Source: Nostoc sp. DedSLP01
GTDB lineage: Bacteria; Cyanobacteriota; Cyanobacteriia; Cyanobacteriales; Nostocaceae
Assembly: GCA_034530875.2 (NCBI GenBank)
Contig: JAVRCJ020000002.1
Coordinates: 288,001 to 352,000 of the forward strand
Direction: 5' to 3'
Length of the DNA: 64,000 nt
Shown: piece by piece, positions 39,233 to 49,260 of the stretch
How the letters are laid out: each line of letters opens with the position of its first letter
Position numbering within the stretch: position 1 is the stretch's first letter
Translations under genes and position numbers: made by a program
Notes under the pieces: model-generated
Seen by the model: only the letters and a program-made list of their open reading frames with translations
Databases searched by the model: none
Told to the model about the DNA's origin: nothing

Positions 39233-39805
39233 GTGAGTGATTTAGCCAACTATCAGTCAGCTTACAGGGCAATTACGAATTTTCCACCCAATGTCCAAAT
39301 TGGTGAGAATACAGTCATCATGGGCAATCTTGCGTTTAAGCGATTCCATAGCCGCAATAAACAGGGGCTAATCATTGGCGACAACTGCACTATGGATGGC
39401 GTTCACTTCGATATTGGCGAGAAAGGACAAGTCGAGATTGGTAACTACTGCTACTTCACCAACGCTGTACTTTTATGCGAACTGGAACTTTGCATTGGCA
39501 GCTACGTTGTCATTGGCTGGAATACAACACTCGCCGATACTGACTTTCATCCCATCGCCCCTGCCGAACGCATTGCTGACGCGATCGCCTGTTCCCCTCT
39601 GGGCAATACCTCACTTCGGCCAGAAATCGTCAAGCGACCCATAGTAATTGAGGACGGGGTGTGGATTGGGCCGAACGCCACAATCCTTAAGGGAGTGCGT
39701 ATTGGAACGGGTGCCTTTGTGGAGGCAGGTGCAATGGTAAACCGAGACGTACCGCCACGCGCCAGGGTCATGGGTAACCCAGCGCAGATTATTGGGGAGG
39801 TTTAA
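39233..39805 (+). CDS. Left-handed beta-helix (hexapeptide) acyltransferase
   Basis: DTDFHP...PIVIEDGVWIGPNATILKGVRIG...GNPA. Confidence 0.88.
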   Translation: MSDLANYQSAYRAITNFPPNVQIGENTVIMGNLAFKRFHSRNKQGLIIGDNCTMDGVHFDIGEKGQVEIGNYCYFTNAVLLCELELCIGSYVVIGWNTTLADTDFHPIAPAERIADAIACSPLGNTSLRPEIVKRPIVIEDGVWIGPNATILKGVRIGTGAFVEAGAMVNRDVPPRARVMGNPAQIIGEV

Positions 39806-39810
39806 CGGCG

Positions 39811-40416
39811 ATGGTTGCTGCACGCACTCTCTCCTGGGATTGGTATCCGGGAACGATTCCAGAAAATGTAGTTCTTGACGAAACTGCATACGTGGAAACG
39901 ACCTTTAGTTTTTACTTATACCGCAGCGAAGCACCAGTGGGCGTCAAATTCGGTCGCGGTGCTTCCACCTATTTGGGGACGATGTTTGATGTCGGCCCTC
40001 GCGGGCAGGTCAGTTTGGGCAACTATGCGCTGGTTCACGGAGCCAGGATTATCTGCGACGCCCAAATCGAAATCGGCGATTATGCTCTCATTTCTTGGAA
40101 TGTGGTTTTAATGGATACCTACCGATTACCGTTCGACCCGACACAGCGGCGGCACGAACTGGAACAGATACCGTTTCGTTCCCCTCGATGTATTGATGCA
40201 ACGGTACCAGCGCAACCAATCTTCATCGGTGCTAACGTTTGGATTGGTTTTGATGCCTGCATATTACCAGGCGTCACCATCGGAGAGGGGGCGATCGTTG
40301 GTGCGCGGTCTGTTGTCACGCAGGATGTCCCACCATATACCATCGTGGCTGGCAATCCTGCCCGTGTTGTTCGTCACTTAGATGCAGGAGGCAGCGATGG
40401 TAAGCGAACGCCCTAG
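39811..40416 (+). CDS. Left-handed beta-helix (hexapeptide) acyltransferase, second paralog
   Basis: PIFIGANVWIG...ILPGVTIGEGAIVGARSVVTQDVP...AGNPAR. Confidence 0.88.
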   Translation: MVAARTLSWDWYPGTIPENVVLDETAYVETTFSFYLYRSEAPVGVKFGRGASTYLGTMFDVGPRGQVSLGNYALVHGARIICDAQIEIGDYALISWNVVLMDTYRLPFDPTQRRHELEQIPFRSPRCIDATVPAQPIFIGANVWIGFDACILPGVTIGEGAIVGARSVVTQDVPPYTIVAGNPARVVRHLDAGGSDGKRTP

Positions 40417-41581
40417 TAAGGGAAAAATCATTGTCTTCGGAATTCTATTTTGGTATCCCTTAGCAGGGGTGACTTATCAGTTCCTCCACTACCTGCTGGG
40501 GCTGCGCCGCTTAGGTTATGACGCTTACTATATAGAAGATTCATGGCGTTGGATTTACAACCCCCGCCTCAATGACCTTTCTCCAGATGCGACTGAGAAT
40601 ATTCAGCGAATTGCCCCAATTTTAGAGGCTTATGGCTTCCAAGACCGCTGGGGATTTCGCGACTATCTGGGGGGTGAGTGTTATGGAATGACTCAAAGCG
40701 AAATCTTGCAATTATATAAGGAAGCAGACGCCTTCTTAAACGTCACGGGCGACCAGGAAATCCGCGAAGAGCATCTGGCTTGCCCGCGCCGCATCTATGT
40801 AGAATCAGATCCGGTTGCTTCCCAAATTCGGGTTGCTCAGGACGACAAAAAACTCATCGCTCACCTGTCCGCCCACGACACTCACTTCAGTTTTGGGGAA
40901 AATCTCGGCGCACCAGATTGTGGCGTTCCCGTTGGTGGTTTTAACTGGTTACCTACCCGCCAGCCAGTTGTGCTGGATTTGTGGGAAACTCCAAACTTCA
41001 CACCTGGGATTGCTTACAACACCATTGCCACTTGGAATAATAAGGGCAAAGACATTACTTATGAGGGCAAAACTTACTATTGGCGCAAAGCGCGTGAGTT
41101 AGAAAAATTTCTCGACCTTCCCCAGCGGCGTCCGTTGCGATTTGAGATGGCGACGAATGTCAGTGACGAGGAAAGAGAAACTGTGCGCTGCTTGCTGCAA
41201 AAGCATGGTTGGAGCCAAATAGACGCGGTGGAACTCTCTCAGGATATGAAGAATTACCGCGCTTATATCCAGGAGTCGCGCGGGGAATTTACGGTGGCGA
41301 AGGAGCAATATACGCGGCTGTTAAGCGGTTGGTTTAGCGATCGCTCTGCTTGCTATCTCGCCGCCGGTCGTCCCGTAATTACTCAGGAAACGGGATTCAG
41401 CAAATATCTGCCAACAGGTAAAGGACTTTTTGCCTTTAACAATATGGAAGATATTTTGGCAGCACTCGACACAATTGAAAGCGATTACAAAGGCAATTGC
41501 CAAGCAGCTAGCGAAATCGCCTCAGAGTACTTTGCCGCAGAAAAAGTGATTGGTAGTCTTATGGAAAGAGCGGGGTTATAA
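40397..41581 (+). CDS. GT-B-like protein, paralog 1 (uncharacterised)
   Basis: YPLAG...HYLLGL..LG...Y.E and SRGEFTVAK..Y....GWFSDRSACYLAAGRPVITQETG; GGAGG before ATG 40397. Confidence 0.7.
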   Translation: MVSERPSKGKIIVFGILFWYPLAGVTYQFLHYLLGLRRLGYDAYYIEDSWRWIYNPRLNDLSPDATENIQRIAPILEAYGFQDRWGFRDYLGGECYGMTQSEILQLYKEADAFLNVTGDQEIREEHLACPRRIYVESDPVASQIRVAQDDKKLIAHLSAHDTHFSFGENLGAPDCGVPVGGFNWLPTRQPVVLDLWETPNFTPGIAYNTIATWNNKGKDITYEGKTYYWRKARELEKFLDLPQRRPLRFEMATNVSDEERETVRCLLQKHGWSQIDAVELSQDMKNYRAYIQESRGEFTVAKEQYTRLLSGWFSDRSACYLAAGRPVITQETGFSKYLPTGKGLFAFNNMEDILAALDTIESDYKGNCQAASEIASEYFAAEKVIGSLMERAGL

Positions 41582-41583
41582 GC

Positions 41584-42756
41584 ATGGTACGCATTGTTGT
41601 TTGTGGCTATATGATCCGATATCCCGTGGCGGGAATGCTCCTTGTCTTCTTTCATTATCTGCTGGGGTTGGCACGGCTGGGGCATAACGTGTTTTATTTG
41701 GAAGAAAGTGGCTGGTCGCAATCCTGTTACGATCCTGTGCGCCAGGAGTACAGCGACGATCCACAACAAGGGATGGCGATTATTCACGCTGTAATGGCTC
41801 AATTCGGTTTACAGATCCCAATTTGTTATATTAATCGCGAGTCTGGGCAGATTTGGGGGGCAACCTGGGATGACTTAAAGCAGATGCTAAAAGAGGCTGA
41901 TGTACTCCTGAATATTGGGGGGGTTTGCTGGTTACCTGAGTTTCGTCTGTGCCGTCGGCGTACTCTGATTGACCTAGACCCCTTCTTCACCCAGATTGGG
42001 CGCTTCGCGGTTGAGGATTTGGACGAGTATCAAGTGTATTTCAGCTATGGTGTCAATATTGGCAAGTCAGATTGTACGGTTCCGACACGCGGAATTGATT
42101 GGCATCCTACGGTTCCGCCTGTGGTGCCTGAAATTTGGCACAAATCGGTGGCTGCAAACGAACAACCCATTGCCGAAAGTCTTATGGATGCTCCCTTCAC
42201 AACGATCGCGAATTGGAGTGCCTATGGAGGGGTAACGTATGCAGGAGAGTATTACGGACAAAAGAGCGAAGAATTCTTGCAGTTGCTGAACCTGCCAAAC
42301 CATACCGCACAACGTTTGGAATTGGCGCTTTCTGGGGCTAACGAGGAGATTAAAACGCAATTCCTGAGAGCGGGATGGCTAATACAAGACGGTGGAGCGG
42401 TAAGCGTAGATTTAGCAACCTATCAAACGTATTTAATCAGCTCGCGCGGAGAATTTAGCGTGGCGAAACAGGCTTATGTCAAAACCCATAGTGGCTGGTT
42501 CAGCGATCGCAGTGTTTGCTATCTCGCGGCTGGTTTACCTGTCGTTTTACAAGATACAGGGTTTACAGATTGGCTGACCACGGGTCATGGCGTGCTGGCG
42601 TTTTCATCGTTGGAGTCAGCTGTAGACTGCATTGAGCGTGTCAACGCAGATTATCCAGCGCAAAGCCTTGCAGCACGGGAAATAGCTGAACAAATCTTCA
42701 GTTACAAAGTCGTGCTGCCTCGACTACTGGAGACAGCGGCAATTCATGCTCGATGA
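41584..42756 (+). CDS. GT-B-like protein, paralog 2
   Basis: YPVAG...HYLLGL; SRGEFSVAK.AYV...SGWFSDRSVCYLAAGLPVVLQDTG. Confidence 0.7.
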   Translation: MVRIVVCGYMIRYPVAGMLLVFFHYLLGLARLGHNVFYLEESGWSQSCYDPVRQEYSDDPQQGMAIIHAVMAQFGLQIPICYINRESGQIWGATWDDLKQMLKEADVLLNIGGVCWLPEFRLCRRRTLIDLDPFFTQIGRFAVEDLDEYQVYFSYGVNIGKSDCTVPTRGIDWHPTVPPVVPEIWHKSVAANEQPIAESLMDAPFTTIANWSAYGGVTYAGEYYGQKSEEFLQLLNLPNHTAQRLELALSGANEEIKTQFLRAGWLIQDGGAVSVDLATYQTYLISSRGEFSVAKQAYVKTHSGWFSDRSVCYLAAGLPVVLQDTGFTDWLTTGHGVLAFSSLESAVDCIERVNADYPAQSLAAREIAEQIFSYKVVLPRLLETAAIHAR

Positions 42757-42782
42757 GACGAGTCAAGGAGAGTTGAAGTCAG

Positions 42783-43922
42783 ATGATGATCGTTTTTGCG
42801 AGTGCAATCGGTCGTTTTCCCATAGGAGGCAATGCCTGGTCTGACCTACAGTACCTTTTGGGTTTGCGATCGCTTGGGCATAATGTTTTCTACTTGGAAG
42901 AATGTGGGCCAGAGTCGTGGGTTTACAACTGGGAAACTGAGCAACTGACAACGGAATTGGACTATCCGACAAATTATCTCAGAAACTGTCTAGAGCCGCT
43001 TGGCTTTGAAAACCAATGGATTTACCGGGCTGGCGATCGCTCGGTTGGAATGGAGATTGACAAATTTAAGGATATCTGCTCTCAGGCTGATTTGATGATT
43101 GTGCGTGCTTCGCCAATTTCTCTATGGAGAGAGGAATATGATTTGCCAAAGCGCCGCATTTATATTGATGCCGATCCAGGTTTCACTCAGATTAATATTG
43201 CCAGCGGTCATGGGGAATTGATTGAGACTATTGAACATTGCGATCGCCTGTTTACGATTGGACAACGCATTGATGCTGATGACTGTCCGATCCCCACAAA
43301 CGGTAGGCATTGGCTAAAGACGTTACCTCCAGTAGCACTGCCTTACTGGCCAGTAATTGACGATGATAATCCCACTCACTTCAGTTCGATTATGCAATGG
43401 CGCAGTTATCGCGAGGTCGTATACGAAGGAGTCACCTACGGCAACAAGGATAAAGAATTTCTCAAGTTTCTTGATATACCGCAACTAACAAAACAACCGT
43501 TTCGGATTGCCTTAAGTGGCGGCTTTCCCAACGAACTATCTCAGTACGGCTGGGAAGTCGTCCCCGGATGGATTGCGTCCTTTTCACCAGAGTCATACCA
43601 AAAATTCCTTCAAGAATCCCGTGCTGAGTTTGGAGTTGCAAAACAGGGTTATGTTGCGACAAAAGGCGGTTGGTTTAGCGATCGTAGCGTATGTTACCTA
43701 GCTTCCGGCAGACCTATTTTAGTTCAAGACACAGGCTTGAGCGATTGGCTGCCAGTAGGAGAAGGGATTTTAACCTTTCGCGATCGAAAGGAGGCAATTA
43801 AAGGTACAGAAGCCATCAACGCTGACTATAAAAGACATCGGTATGCAGCACGGCAATTAGCAGAGGAGTATTTTAACTCAGATAAAGTTCTTTTAACTCT
43901 TTTAGAAGCAGCTATAAGTTAA
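42783..43922 (+). CDS. GT-B-like protein, paralog 3
   Basis: FPIGG...QYLLGL; SRAEFGVAK.GYV...GGWFSDRSVCYLASGRPILVQDTG. Confidence 0.7.
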   Translation: MMIVFASAIGRFPIGGNAWSDLQYLLGLRSLGHNVFYLEECGPESWVYNWETEQLTTELDYPTNYLRNCLEPLGFENQWIYRAGDRSVGMEIDKFKDICSQADLMIVRASPISLWREEYDLPKRRIYIDADPGFTQINIASGHGELIETIEHCDRLFTIGQRIDADDCPIPTNGRHWLKTLPPVALPYWPVIDDDNPTHFSSIMQWRSYREVVYEGVTYGNKDKEFLKFLDIPQLTKQPFRIALSGGFPNELSQYGWEVVPGWIASFSPESYQKFLQESRAEFGVAKQGYVATKGGWFSDRSVCYLASGRPILVQDTGLSDWLPVGEGILTFRDRKEAIKGTEAINADYKRHRYAARQLAEEYFNSDKVLLTLLEAAIS

Positions 43923-43950
43923 CGATATATTGAGTTTATAAAATATCACT

Positions 43951-45120
43951 ATGTCAAAAGTAACCATCGGGTTCGTTCCTCGCGAACAATTCTCCTTAGC
44001 AGCTGAATCTTTGCAGCGGATTTTTGACTACACTAATATTCCATTTAACTTAATCGTAGTAGACTGCAACATCCCAAAGGTGTATTGGCAGCAAATCGAA
44101 CAAGTGCTGGAGGGACGTAGTAATGTGGCAGTTATCCACGAAGAGCATTATCTAACGCCTAACCAGTCAAAAAATCTGGTGATTCAGGAAGCCAAAGATG
44201 ATTTTGTCTGCTTCATAGAGAGCGACGTTATGGTTGAGCAGGGCTGGCTATCTCAACTTATGGCAGCTTGCGAAGAGCATCCGGCTGATGTCGCAATCCC
44301 ACGCATTATCGAGGGGCGTTTGGGAGAGGCAAAAGTTCACTTTGACCCAAATCTGGGACAGATTCGCTCAGTGCAAACAACCGATGGAGTCAAATACGAA
44401 ATCCTTCCGTTTACAGAGGATGGACAACTTGATAAAGGGGAGCATCGCCGGACGATAGAACTGTCTGGAGAGGCTCACTGTCAGCTCTATCGTCGAAGTG
44501 TTTTTGACCGAGTTGCTCCTTTTGATGAAGAGGTTATTTATCTAGATTGGATCGATTCTAGTTTGGCTTTATATAATGCCAAGATTCCAGTTGTGTTTGA
44601 GCCAAAGTCTGTAGTCCATTTCTGGCATCCTTTTCCTCCCCGTCGTCCTGACCTCGATTATTTCTTCATGAGATGGGATCTCGAACGAGCTCAACAGGAT
44701 CTCGAGCGCATTCCCCAGAAGTGGAATCTGGCTAAAGTGACAGCAGATCTGGAGTTTGCCAGGGAGCGAAATCGTATCGGTCAGCTTCATGCAAGCATGG
44801 AGGAACTCAAAGCTTTAATATCGCCGCAGGAATCCTTTATTTTGGTCGATGAAGATTGGTTAAATGGCAATGAAGTCATCGAGGGTTTTCGGACTATACC
44901 CTTCATCGAACATAACGAGCAGTATTGGGGAGCTCCAACAGATGATGACACAGCTATTCGAGAATTCGATCGCCTACGCCAAGCTGGTGCCAGCGCGATA
45001 GTTTTTCTGATGCACACTTTTTGGTGGCTGGAATACTACAGGGAATTTTCTAACTATTTGCGTCAAAAGTTTCCCTGTGTATTACAAAATGAGCGTCTAA
45101 TTGTGTTTGATTTACGCTAA
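43951..45120 (+). CDS. GT2-like glycosyltransferase (atypical motifs) with shared C-terminal domain
   Basis: KVTIGFVPR, IVVDCN, VCFIESD in place of DxD; C-terminal YWGAP.DD..AI.E domain. Confidence 0.72.
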   Translation: MSKVTIGFVPREQFSLAAESLQRIFDYTNIPFNLIVVDCNIPKVYWQQIEQVLEGRSNVAVIHEEHYLTPNQSKNLVIQEAKDDFVCFIESDVMVEQGWLSQLMAACEEHPADVAIPRIIEGRLGEAKVHFDPNLGQIRSVQTTDGVKYEILPFTEDGQLDKGEHRRTIELSGEAHCQLYRRSVFDRVAPFDEEVIYLDWIDSSLALYNAKIPVVFEPKSVVHFWHPFPPRRPDLDYFFMRWDLERAQQDLERIPQKWNLAKVTADLEFARERNRIGQLHASMEELKALISPQESFILVDEDWLNGNEVIEGFRTIPFIEHNEQYWGAPTDDDTAIREFDRLRQAGASAIVFLMHTFWWLEYYREFSNYLRQKFPCVLQNERLIVFDLR

Positions 45121-46271
45121 TGAAAAAATCTAGAGCAAGTATTATAATAACCAACTACAACTACGGGCATTTTCTGCGTGAGGCGATTGAAAGTGCTTTA
45201 AATCAAACCTATCAGCCTACGGAAGTCATCGTAGTCGATGACGGTTCAACAGATAATTCACAGCAAATCATTGCTAATTACGGAAAAAGAATTGTTTCTG
45301 TTTTGAAAGAGAATGGAGGGCAGGGATCGGCATTCAATGCCGGTTTTGCTGCCAGTTGTGGTCAAGTTGTCTGCTTCTTAGATGCAGACGATGTTTTGTT
45401 ACCCAATGCTATTGAAAGAGCAGTGGAGCTGCTGCACGAATCCAACGCAGTCAAAGTGCATTGGCCTTTATCTGCGATTGATGTTTATGGTAAACCACTA
45501 GGCAAGTTATATCCTGAAAAACCTTTGCCAGAAGGAGATTTGCTTGATGCACAGCTGAGTGGTGGTGTAGATGGTCATATCTTCTCCCCTACTAGCGGCA
45601 ATGCTTGGACGCGTAGTTACTTAAAAAGGATTTTGCCCATACCGGAGATTCACTATCGCATCAATGCCGATTCCTATCTAGCAATGCTTGCTCCCTTGTT
45701 TGGCCGCATCCAGCGCATTGACGAGCATCAGGCTTTGTATCGCATTCATGGTAATAATGGCACTAGCAAGACTACTTATCGCTGGCAGCTTAACCAATAC
45801 CAGTATGAAATGACAATCCTGCATAAGTTTTTACAGGAACAGAACATTCAAATTAAAGATGCTTTTGAGTGCGCTCAAAGTTCTGGTTATAGCCATATCA
45901 AGCGTATGGTCGAATTGGGCGAGGAACTAGAACCGTTAATTCCACTAAGACAAAAGTATATTTTAGTTGATATGGATGAATGGGGATGGAATGGGCAGCT
46001 ACTTGAAAATAGGCGATCGATCCCCTTCCTTGAAAAAGATGGTATGTATTGGGGACCGCCACCAGATGATGCCATTGCTATTAAGGAATTCGAGCGTTTG
46101 CATCATGAAGGGGCAAGTTTTATTGTATTTGGATCGCCAGCTTTCTGGTGGCTTGACTACTATGCTGAATTCGTTCGCTATTTACGTACTAGGTTTCGTT
46201 GTGTTTTGGAAAATGAACGCTTGGTTGTCTTTGATTTACAGGGAATAGGCAACAACAATGAAAAACTTTAG
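45120..46271 (+). CDS. GT2 glycosyltransferase with shared C-terminal domain
   Basis: SIIITNYNY, VVDDGSTD, FLDADD. Confidence 0.88.
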   Translation: MKKSRASIIITNYNYGHFLREAIESALNQTYQPTEVIVVDDGSTDNSQQIIANYGKRIVSVLKENGGQGSAFNAGFAASCGQVVCFLDADDVLLPNAIERAVELLHESNAVKVHWPLSAIDVYGKPLGKLYPEKPLPEGDLLDAQLSGGVDGHIFSPTSGNAWTRSYLKRILPIPEIHYRINADSYLAMLAPLFGRIQRIDEHQALYRIHGNNGTSKTTYRWQLNQYQYEMTILHKFLQEQNIQIKDAFECAQSSGYSHIKRMVELGEELEPLIPLRQKYILVDMDEWGWNGQLLENRRSIPFLEKDGMYWGPPPDDAIAIKEFERLHHEGASFIVFGSPAFWWLDYYAEFVRYLRTRFRCVLENERLVVFDLQGIGNNNEKL

Positions 46272-46430
46272 TTATTGGTTTAAAGCCTACTTTAAAAAAG
46301 ATGTTTTTATCAAACACAAAACGCAAAAAAAACAGCGTCATTTTTTCAATCCGAGATTTTTAAGTGTAAGTTTCCCTATTGCCTATTGCCTGTACCCCCT
46401 TTCCTTTAAAACTTATTACCAAAACAGGGG

Positions 46431-47660
46431 GTGAGTACAAATAATATGAAACCCAAAACCAAAGTTACAATCGCTATCCCAACTTACAATCGCTCGAAAC
46501 TTCTAAAAACAAGCCTGGAAAGCGCACTGGCTCAAGACTATCCAGATTTCCAAGTGCTTGTAGTAGATAATGCTTCTGACGATGATACAGAAGCGGTTGT
46601 GCGATCGTTCGCAGATTCGCGGGTCGCTTATGTACGCAACGAAACCAATATAAGAATGTTCGGCAATTGGCAACGGACTATTGAACTCAACACTAGTCCC
46701 TATCTCAGCATCTTGTCAGATGATGATGTACTCCTGCCTAACTTCATCCACGAATCTGTCCTCGCATTAGACAAACATCCTCATGCTGGCCTCTCGGCTG
46801 GTCTAGCTGAATTTATCGACATTAACGGTGCGATAGTGCCTGTCACAGTTACAGAACTTTCAGATAAGTTACCAGAAGGATTAATATCCGGTCTAGAGTT
46901 CATCCACCAAATTGTTGATGGACGAAAATGGATTTTGCGTACCTCAACAGTGATGTTTCGCGCTGATGCATTGACTGCGGTTGGTGGGTTCGACCTAACT
47001 CATACAAAGTACTTACTAGATTTGAACCTATATTTACGGCTGGCAGCGCAATTCGATTTCGTCTTTATTGCCAAACAGTTGGCTCAAGTGCGCTTCCATG
47101 TCGAACAGGATTCCCAGGTAAGCTTTCACTCCCTTAGTGGAATAGGAGCGTTGGCTGTAATGGCAGAACGTACTGATGCGATCGCTTATTTGTTAAAGTC
47201 GCCACGTGCAGAGGACGCATCTTATCGTCAGTGGCTAACAGAGCGCCTGTTGCATATCAGTATGCGCCGTAGTGCGTTCGCGTCTGAATTAGTACCTAAA
47301 CTTAATGTGAGTTGGTCAGAACGCCTACAAATTGCTGTGCGCGATATTGCATCTGCGATTCCAGCAGGCAAGCGTTTGATTTTGGTCGATGAAAATCAAT
47401 GGAGTTGTGATATTCTGCCGCAATTCGATGTTCTGCCTTTCCTCGAACATGAGGGTCAGTACTGGGGAGCGCCGCTAGATGACGAAACCGCTATCCGAGA
47501 ACTCGAACGAATGCGGCAAGGGGGAGCAAGTTTCATAGTTATTGCTTGGTCGGCCTTTTGGTGGCTTGATTATTACTCTGGTCTGCGAAATTATCTCAGT
47601 TCAAATTTTTGCTGTGTTTTGGATAATAGCCGCCTCGTCGTTTTCGACCTGCGACTGTGA
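46431..47660 (+). CDS. GT2 glycosyltransferase with shared C-terminal domain
   Basis: VTIAIPTYNR, VVDNASDD, ILSDDD. Confidence 0.88.
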   Translation: MSTNNMKPKTKVTIAIPTYNRSKLLKTSLESALAQDYPDFQVLVVDNASDDDTEAVVRSFADSRVAYVRNETNIRMFGNWQRTIELNTSPYLSILSDDDVLLPNFIHESVLALDKHPHAGLSAGLAEFIDINGAIVPVTVTELSDKLPEGLISGLEFIHQIVDGRKWILRTSTVMFRADALTAVGGFDLTHTKYLLDLNLYLRLAAQFDFVFIAKQLAQVRFHVEQDSQVSFHSLSGIGALAVMAERTDAIAYLLKSPRAEDASYRQWLTERLLHISMRRSAFASELVPKLNVSWSERLQIAVRDIASAIPAGKRLILVDENQWSCDILPQFDVLPFLEHEGQYWGAPLDDETAIRELERMRQGGASFIVIAWSAFWWLDYYSGLRNYLSSNFCCVLDNSRLVVFDLRL

Positions 47661-47737
47661 GATTCTTTTAATATGCAGTGAAAGCTTTGGACTGCGATCG
47701 CTTGTTCTGAACTGTAAACTCACTGAGTCAAGTTTTC

Positions 47738-48979
47738 ATGAACTGGAAATATGAAAAAGGTAAATTTAATATCTTAGGTCAATGGCTAGCCTGGTCAGGA
47801 GTTTTGGCTCTAGCCGGTACTGGCGGTTGGCTGACTTACTTTTTAGCTCTCAACCAATCTCCTGAACCAGTAGCAGTAAGCTTACAAACCGTACAGCGAG
47901 GTAATATTGAAACCACAATCAATGAAAGCGGTACTGTTGAGTTGCAAGAACAGCGCATCTTGAAGTCCCCGAAAGAAGGTGCAGTAGATCGAATAATGGT
48001 CAAACCTGGCGATCGGGTAAAAGCTGGTCAAGTGCTGCTAACCCTGCGCTACCCCGAACGAAAAATTGCTCTTGGGAATCAACAGTTGGAAATTGAGCAA
48101 GAAGAACTCAACTTAGCACGCAATCGCCAAAAAATTATCGAAGCCCAAGAACGGTTAACAGCTGAAGAAGCGCAACTTAAGAGGCTGGCTCCTTTAGTAG
48201 AAAAGGGAGCAATTGCCCTACAACAAGCCCAATCGCAGGAAGATGCAGTACGCCAAGCTAGGGCTGCTCTCAGAGATGCTCAAGCAGAGACACGTACAAG
48301 CGCCCTCAAAATTCAAAGCTTGCGATTGGAGCGTCAAGTTATTCAGCAGGAAATCCAAGATAGTATCGTGACTGCACCAATGAATGGCGTAGTCTTGGGT
48401 GTCAACGTTCAAGATGGTGATGGAGTTGAGTTGCGTACCAACCTGCTCACCATAGGCGACCCCAGAAAAATACTCGTGAAGCTCCAGCTTTCTACCCTCA
48501 ACGCGGGTCAAGTCCGAGTCAGTCAATTTGCCCGCGTGACGGCGATCGGCCCTAAGCCCAAGACATTCATGGGACGCGTGCTAAGCCTGTATCCTCAAGC
48601 ACTTACACCTGAAGCTCTCAGACAGGAAGGCGGCGGTCAAAATCAATCATCTCAAGCAATAGTACCCGCAACAGTTGCGCTGGATACTCCTACTCGCGAA
48701 CTGCTCCCTGGTAGCCGAGTAAATGTTGAGATTATTTTGCAGCGGCGGCAGAATATAGTAGTTTTGAACACAGGAGTTATTGGGCGGTCTGGCTCATCTC
48801 CTTTTGTCTGGGTTCGGGACAGTAAAAATCAAGCTCAGAAAAGAGCGATCGCTCTAGGATTGGAGGGATTAATGAACGTAGAAGTTACCTCTGGCTTGCG
48901 TGCTGGCGAACAAATTATACTGCCACCTGGAGAATCCGAACTCAAGCCAGGAACGCCAATTAAAACAACTCAAAAGTAA
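47738..48979 (+). CDS. Periplasmic adaptor / membrane fusion protein (MacA/HlyD-like)
   Basis: N-terminal TM, VKPGDRVKAGQVL lipoyl half, coiled coil, VTAPMNGVV, VEVTSGL. Confidence 0.88.
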   Translation: MNWKYEKGKFNILGQWLAWSGVLALAGTGGWLTYFLALNQSPEPVAVSLQTVQRGNIETTINESGTVELQEQRILKSPKEGAVDRIMVKPGDRVKAGQVLLTLRYPERKIALGNQQLEIEQEELNLARNRQKIIEAQERLTAEEAQLKRLAPLVEKGAIALQQAQSQEDAVRQARAALRDAQAETRTSALKIQSLRLERQVIQQEIQDSIVTAPMNGVVLGVNVQDGDGVELRTNLLTIGDPRKILVKLQLSTLNAGQVRVSQFARVTAIGPKPKTFMGRVLSLYPQALTPEALRQEGGGQNQSSQAIVPATVALDTPTRELLPGSRVNVEIILQRRQNIVVLNTGVIGRSGSSPFVWVRDSKNQAQKRAIALGLEGLMNVEVTSGLRAGEQIILPPGESELKPGTPIKTTQK

Positions 48980-49082
48980 TAAGTAGAAGGCAGGGGGCAG
49001 GGGGCAGGGGGCAGGAGGGAAAAGCCACTTTTTATCAGGGTTTTAAACTTTTGTCTTTGACATTTAATTATGTCTACCTACT

Positions 49083-49256
49083 TACCAATTTTAAAAATAA
49101 TCACAGATATAGCCGTAGTCAGATATGTTAGGACATTTTAAAAGCTTGAATACCAGGAATAGTAATACTTTTACCTCCTGCCTCCTGCTATACACACTTT
49201 TAAAGCCTTGCGCTATCTAGTTTTATTAATTTTTAATTTTGAATTTTAAATTGGTA
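49083..49256. mobile_element. Possible MITE-like element
   Basis: Ends TACCAATTTTAAAA / TTTTAAATTGGTA are imperfect inverted repeats; AT-rich, so weak evidence. Confidence 0.35.
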
Positions 49257-49260
49257 TAAA

